20,000 nt of DNA from an uncultured virus (IMG/VR IMGVR_UViG_3300027832_000015) (lineage: Duplodnaviria > Heunggongvirae > Uroviricota > Caudoviricetes): IMG/VR virus record IMGVR_UViG_3300027832_000015; one strand, written 5' to 3'. Positions 15,694 to 20,000 of this stretch are shown here, one piece after another. Below the pieces are notes generated by a model, which saw only the letters and a list, made by a program, of their open reading frames with translations, was not told where the DNA came from and did not search any database. Made by a program: the position numbers and the translations under genes. How positions within the stretch are numbered: the first letter of the stretch is position 1; every line of letters starts with the position of its first letter.

Positions 15694-17040
15694 ATGGCGC
15701 TAAAGTTTATAACAAATCTAGATCTAAATCAGAATCAACTTCTGAATAGCAGGTTTGAGAGCGTTGCCACCGACCCCACGGCCAACAATTTTGAAGGCCG
15801 ACTTATCTACAACAGTACCGAAAAGGTACTGAAACTGTACACTGGGAACGCATGGCGGAAAGCCATTCATTCACTTGCGTCCACCACCACAGCCCTCGTA
15901 ATCTCGGAGTCCAACGGTTCGGTCTCCTTCTTGATTGCCGACGCCGTACAATCTGGGGCATCCGGACTCCTAAATGGGACCGACAAGCAGGCGCTCGACA
16001 ACAAGACATCGCAAAACACCGGCTCGACAATTGCCATCCGCGATGCTGGCGGCCGAATTCAGGTCTCCGCCCCAGTCAACGATCTGGATGCAGCCAACAA
16101 ATCATACGTCGATGCCGCCCGTACGGGCCTTGACGTCAAAGCCTCCGTTCGCGCCGCCACCACCGGAGCACTGAGTATCACCACCGATCTTGAAAACGGT
16201 GACACTGTCGACGGAATCGTCCTCGCTACAGGAGATCGTGTCCTTGTCAAAGATCAGACAAGCGGTGCAGAAAACGGTATTTACGTCGTTCAGGCGTCCG
16301 GCGCAGCCGTTCGTGCAACAGATGCCGACAGTGATGCTGAAGTCACCCCCGGGATGTTCACCTTCATCGAAGAGGGCACCGCCAACGCCGACGAAGGCTG
16401 GGTACTCACCAACAACGGTTCGGTAACAGTCGGTACGACAGCACTCGACTTTGCCATCTTCTCCGTCGCTGGGGGAATCCTCGCTGGAGCAGGCCTCTCC
16501 AAGACCGGCGACACTTTTGATGCCAACGTAGCCAGCGATGGTGGCATCGAGATTGCCTCCGACAACCTGAAAATCAAGGTTGACGCAAACGTTGACGGAC
16601 TGACCACCACCACCGACGGTCTCGCCCTCGCTTCGAACATCGCCGGTGCCGGTATCACGTTTACCAGTGGCGTCCTCTCCGCTGACACCATCGACCTGAC
16701 CAGCAACGTCAGCGGCCTACTTCCGATTGCCAATGGCGGCACCAACGCCAGCACCGAAGCAGACGCCCGCAACACAATCGCCGCGACCTCGGCTACCGGG
16801 CTCACTACCAGCACCCCCACTCTGGCCCGCGTCTCGGCTCAGACTGTCGGCAACGCAACTGACACCTCGTTCTCTTTAGTCCACAACTTTGGGACTCGCG
16901 ACGTCACGGTCCAAGTATATGACGCGACCACCCATGACACCGTGTTCGCCGACGTCGTGCGAACAAACACCAATCAGGTTGACGTTTCATTCTCGGCTGC
17001 TCCCGCCTCGGGCGCATACCGGGTTGTCGTCAGCGGTTAA
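15694..17040 (+). CDS. Tail/virion fibre protein 1
   Basis: 448 aa, Thr/Gly/Ala/Asp-rich. Contains a DAANKSYVD...GDRVLVKDQ...ENGIYVV module, AGAG-L-x-x-x-G shaft repeats, LPIANGGT, and a C-terminal HNFGTRDVTVQVYD domain. Confidence 0.72.
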   Translation: MALKFITNLDLNQNQLLNSRFESVATDPTANNFEGRLIYNSTEKVLKLYTGNAWRKAIHSLASTTTALVISESNGSVSFLIADAVQSGASGLLNGTDKQALDNKTSQNTGSTIAIRDAGGRIQVSAPVNDLDAANKSYVDAARTGLDVKASVRAATTGALSITTDLENGDTVDGIVLATGDRVLVKDQTSGAENGIYVVQASGAAVRATDADSDAEVTPGMFTFIEEGTANADEGWVLTNNGSVTVGTTALDFAIFSVAGGILAGAGLSKTGDTFDANVASDGGIEIASDNLKIKVDANVDGLTTTTDGLALASNIAGAGITFTSGVLSADTIDLTSNVSGLLPIANGGTNASTEADARNTIAATSATGLTTSTPTLARVSAQTVGNATDTSFSLVHNFGTRDVTVQVYDATTHDTVFADVVRTNTNQVDVSFSAAPASGAYRVVVSG

Positions 17041-17090
17041 CACATAGCCCTGAGGGGTAGCGCAAGCGAAACAGTTGAGGCTGATTCACC

Positions 17091-19631
17091 ATGACACGAT
17101 TTGTAGGGACACCTGTAAAAGGTGTTGAGTTTGCGAATGCCGGAGATGAAGCGATCTCGGCACGTGTCAGTGGTGATTCAAACGCCAGAATTCGCATTGA
17201 TGCGGGTGGGCGACTGACGTGGGGTGATGGGGCTACGGCCGGAGATGCCAATCTCTACCGCTCCGATGCTAATACCCTGAAAACCGACGACACGCTTTAT
17301 GCCGTCAACGGAGTAATAACCCTGACGACTGTCGGAGCCCCCACGGCGAACCTGCCCGATGGGGCGATCGCGATCGACACGTCCGCCGACAGCCTCTACC
17401 TGCGAAGCCAGAGCGCGTGGGTCAAGGCCGGAGGCGTCGAACTTTCCACTACTGCCCCAACAGCGAATGTTTCTGATGGGGACATGTGGTTCGACACCGA
17501 TGACGGCTTTCTCTATGTGAGGAACAGCGGGTCGTGGGTATCGGTTACAGCGACTTTAGCGCTGAACGGTATTTCTGATGTCACGATCACGTCTGCCACA
17601 ACCGGCGACTTCCTCACGTGGAACGGTACTGCGTGGGTAAACGGTGCCGGTGACGTCGCATTCAATTCCGTGACGCTTGGCTCTGCCCCAACTCAAGCCA
17701 GTCATGCAGCAACGAAGTCATATGTAGACAATCTCGCTGCCGGAATCGATTGGCACGAGGCCGCTCGACTGGGAACGACCTCGGCACTGCCCAATGCGCC
17801 GACATATGGCAATGGGAGCAGTGGCGAAGGCGCAACACTGACAGCCGGAACCCAGAACCGACTTGTTGTCGATGGCGCAAACGCCAATACTGGCGACAGA
17901 ATCCTTGTCAAGACTCAAGCCGTAGGTTACGAAGATGGCGTATATTCGGTAACCAATCAAGGTGCATCTGGTTCTGCTGCATGGGTCCTCACCCGTGCCG
18001 ACGATTTTGATGGAACCCAGCCCGGAGGAATCCAGCCCGGTGAAGCGGTGTTTGTTCTTAATGGATCGGTAAACGCAAACCAAGGCTTCGTCGTTACCTC
18101 AACAAATGATCCTCATACGGTCGGAACTGATTCGATCACGTTCACTCAGTTTACTGGGGCGCAGGCATTCTCCGCTGGTGCTGGCTTGACAAAGACCGGC
18201 AACACCATTGACGTAGTCACAGCAGACTCTGGTCGGATTGTGGTTAGTGCCGACAGCGTCGATCTTGGGTCGGTATCGGTTGGCGCAACCTCTGGTTCGG
18301 CGACTCAGTCTTTTGTTTCCTCGGTAGCCACTGACGCGTATGGTCGAGTCACGGGTGTGGAAACGTCAAGCCTGATTCAGGGCCTCGGAACCGCCGACTC
18401 GCCGTCGTTCACCGCAGTCACCAGTGATGTAACTGGAACGGTTTCCGATATCTCGAATCACAACCTGAACGGCATTTCTGACGTCACGATCGCGTCGGCC
18501 GCAACTGGTGAATTCCTCAAGTGGAACGGAACTGCTTGGGTAAATGCCGCGATCACTGGGGTCACTGGGATCGCTGCGCTCAACGATATTGGTGACGTGA
18601 CGATCGCTTCCGCAACTTCAGGCGAAATTCTGTTTTGGAACGGCACTGCGTGGGTGAACGACACGATCGCTTCGGTAAATCAGATTGACGACGTAACCAT
18701 TACAAGCGCCATCTCTGGGAACATTCTCACGCACAATGGAACCAATTGGATCAATTCACCATTCACTATCCAAAATGCCGGAGGAGTATCGGTTTCTGGA
18801 GAAACCTCTGGCGACGTCCTTCTGTTCAACGGATCGAATTATGTGAATACCGCCCACACGTTGGCGAACATCACAAATGTCACTTTGACGACCGAGGCTA
18901 ATGGAGAGTTCCTCAAGTACAACGGTAGCGCTTGGATCAATGCTTCCATTCCAGAAATCAACACTTTGAACGACGTGGGGAACGTCGCAATTACCTCCGC
19001 AACTTCAGGTGATGTTCTGAAATGGAGCGGCACCCAATGGATCAATTCCGATATTTTGGCTAGTCCGGGTCTAACCGGAGTTCCGACTGCCGCGACTGCA
19101 TCTACGACTACAAGCACGACCCAAATTGCGACAACCGCTTTCGTCCAGCAGGAACTTGCCGCACTGGTTGAGTCGGCGCCCGCCACACTCGACACGTTAA
19201 ACGAGTTGGCTGCCGCTCTCGGTGATGACGCCAACTTCTCCACCACTGTCACCAACTCTTTGGCGCTGAAGGCTCCGCTGGAAAGCCCGACTTTCACGGG
19301 AACGGTCACGCTTCCGGCAGGCACGAGCTTTCTTCACGACTATGACGCGTATGGTGCAAGCCATACTCTGGTTGTGGGCAACGGAGGACAGACGCTCGAA
19401 TTTTCGGCTACCGGAACTCTTACCGTACCCCCCGATGCGACCGTGAACTTCACAATCGGAACACAGGTCATGGCTATTCAGACAGGAAACGGCAATGTCA
19501 CTGTCGCTGGCGGTGCCGGAGTGACCATTAACTACGCTGTGGGTCTCAAAACTCGTAAGCAGTGGTCTGCTATTGTTCTTCACAAACGTGCAGCTAATAC
19601 TTGGCTCATGACTGGCGACGCAAAGGTTTGA
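17091..19631 (+). CDS. Tail fibre protein 2 (mosaic, repeat-containing)
   Basis: 846 aa. Contains a GDMWFDTD...YVRNSGSW motif, a GDRILVK module, seven L-x-x-I-x-DVTI...W-NGT-x-WVN repeats, a P2 gpH-like SPxLTGVPTA...TTQIATTAFV...LDTLNELAAALG-D-NF module, and a C-terminal beta domain. Confidence 0.85.
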   Translation: MTRFVGTPVKGVEFANAGDEAISARVSGDSNARIRIDAGGRLTWGDGATAGDANLYRSDANTLKTDDTLYAVNGVITLTTVGAPTANLPDGAIAIDTSADSLYLRSQSAWVKAGGVELSTTAPTANVSDGDMWFDTDDGFLYVRNSGSWVSVTATLALNGISDVTITSATTGDFLTWNGTAWVNGAGDVAFNSVTLGSAPTQASHAATKSYVDNLAAGIDWHEAARLGTTSALPNAPTYGNGSSGEGATLTAGTQNRLVVDGANANTGDRILVKTQAVGYEDGVYSVTNQGASGSAAWVLTRADDFDGTQPGGIQPGEAVFVLNGSVNANQGFVVTSTNDPHTVGTDSITFTQFTGAQAFSAGAGLTKTGNTIDVVTADSGRIVVSADSVDLGSVSVGATSGSATQSFVSSVATDAYGRVTGVETSSLIQGLGTADSPSFTAVTSDVTGTVSDISNHNLNGISDVTIASAATGEFLKWNGTAWVNAAITGVTGIAALNDIGDVTIASATSGEILFWNGTAWVNDTIASVNQIDDVTITSAISGNILTHNGTNWINSPFTIQNAGGVSVSGETSGDVLLFNGSNYVNTAHTLANITNVTLTTEANGEFLKYNGSAWINASIPEINTLNDVGNVAITSATSGDVLKWSGTQWINSDILASPGLTGVPTAATASTTTSTTQIATTAFVQQELAALVESAPATLDTLNELAAALGDDANFSTTVTNSLALKAPLESPTFTGTVTLPAGTSFLHDYDAYGASHTLVVGNGGQTLEFSATGTLTVPPDATVNFTIGTQVMAIQTGNGNVTVAGGAGVTINYAVGLKTRKQWSAIVLHKRAANTWLMTGDAKV
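17562..19046 (+). repeat. Seven 27-aa fibre shaft repeats (consensus LNxIxDVTITSATSGExLxWNGTAWVN)
   Basis: Copies start at 17562, 18465, 18579, 18675, 18768, 18861 and 18966. Confidence 0.9.
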
Positions 19632-19637
19632 TGAATA

Positions 19638-20000
19638 ATGGCTCTAGATAGGTCTGGTGTTGAACTTCCGAGGAAGGGTTTCACATATCCCGATTTGGCT
19701 AACGCTTCAATCCTCGCCTCGTCGCTTGTGGGGCTTGGATTCGAGAATGCTACTGTCGCTTCAAACACTCTCAACACGACGGTGTGGTACGATGTCGGCA
19801 AGGCTCATGAAATTGTCGTAGACGGGGTCACCTCCACGGCAACCAGTTCTTACACGGATATACCTATGGGTATTGTCATTACTGTCCGGGCAATCGGACC
19901 GTTTTTCCCGCCACATTTCCCGCCCCACTTCCCGCCGTTCTTCCCGCCCCACTTCCCGCCACATTTCCCGCCGTTCTTCCCGCCCCACTTCCCGCCCCAT
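19638..20000 (+). CDS. Uncharacterised protein with FPP(H/F) tandem repeat (3' truncated; missing from the ORF track)
   Basis: ATG 19638 lies 6 nt after the fibre stop and the frame is open to the window end: MALDRSGVELPRKGFTYPDLANASILASSLVGLGFENATVASNTLNTTVWYDVGKAHEIVVDGVTSTATSSYTDIPMGIVITVRAIGPFFPPHFPPHFPPFFPPHFPPHFPPFFPPHFPPH. Synonymous third-position variation in the repeat fits this frame. Confidence 0.8.
   Translation, partial: MALDRSGVELPRKGFTYPDLANASILASSLVGLGFENATVASNTLNTTVWYDVGKAHEIVVDGVTSTATSSYTDIPMGIVITVRAIGPFFPPHFPPHFPPFFPPHFPPHFPPFFPPHFPPH
19905..20000 (+). repeat. 12-bp tandem repeat TTC CCG CC(A/C/G) (CAT/CAC/TTC), at least 8 copies
   Basis: Eight exact-length units run to the window edge, encoding FPPH x6 and FPPF x2. 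Confidence 0.95.

Noticed and set aside
17562..18545. DGR template/variable repeat pair (similar segments at 17562 and 18465)
   Set aside because: Both copies are in-frame shaft repeats. Their differences are mostly synonymous and not restricted to adenines, and there is no reverse transcriptase in the window.
2616..19583. Remaining overlapping short ORFs on either strand
   Set aside because: They are nested in long, synteny-supported genes and show no recognisable motifs, consistent with shadow ORFs.
19905..20000. CRISPR-like or non-coding repeat array
   Set aside because: The 12-bp units are head-to-tail with no spacers, and the variation is codon-structured in an open + frame.
19761..20000. 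Minus-strand ORF MGREVGREERRE...
   Set aside because: It is the antisense shadow of the FPPH repeat, and the whole module is on the + strand.

Overview
This window is a continuous, all + strand tail-morphogenesis module of a contractile-tailed (myovirus-type) phage or prophage. An actinobacterial host is likely, inferred from the r1t-type holin, the MAGLGY...VLTASQVNGYLM minor tail protein and leaderless-type extended -10 signals. Gene order: sheath (5' truncated), tube, tail assembly chaperone with an unannotated -1 frameshift extension, tape measure ending in a putative zinc peptidase (M15/LAS) domain, tube-initiator-like protein with a Gly18 linker, hub, spike, gp25-like, baseplate J-like, a 1095-aa gpI-like wedge with a ~700-aa insertion, minor tail protein, holin, four fibre or fibre-associated genes, and a final 3'-truncated gene missed by the ORF track that ends in an FPP(H/F) tandem repeat. 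All functional calls come from motif recognition and synteny; no database searches were run. The most unusual items are the FPPH-repeat protein, recurring UGAG-tetraloop hairpins over ribosome-binding sites, a coiled-coil spike with an HxH tip, the split wedge protein, and a holin with its own promoter and terminator inside the tail operon.
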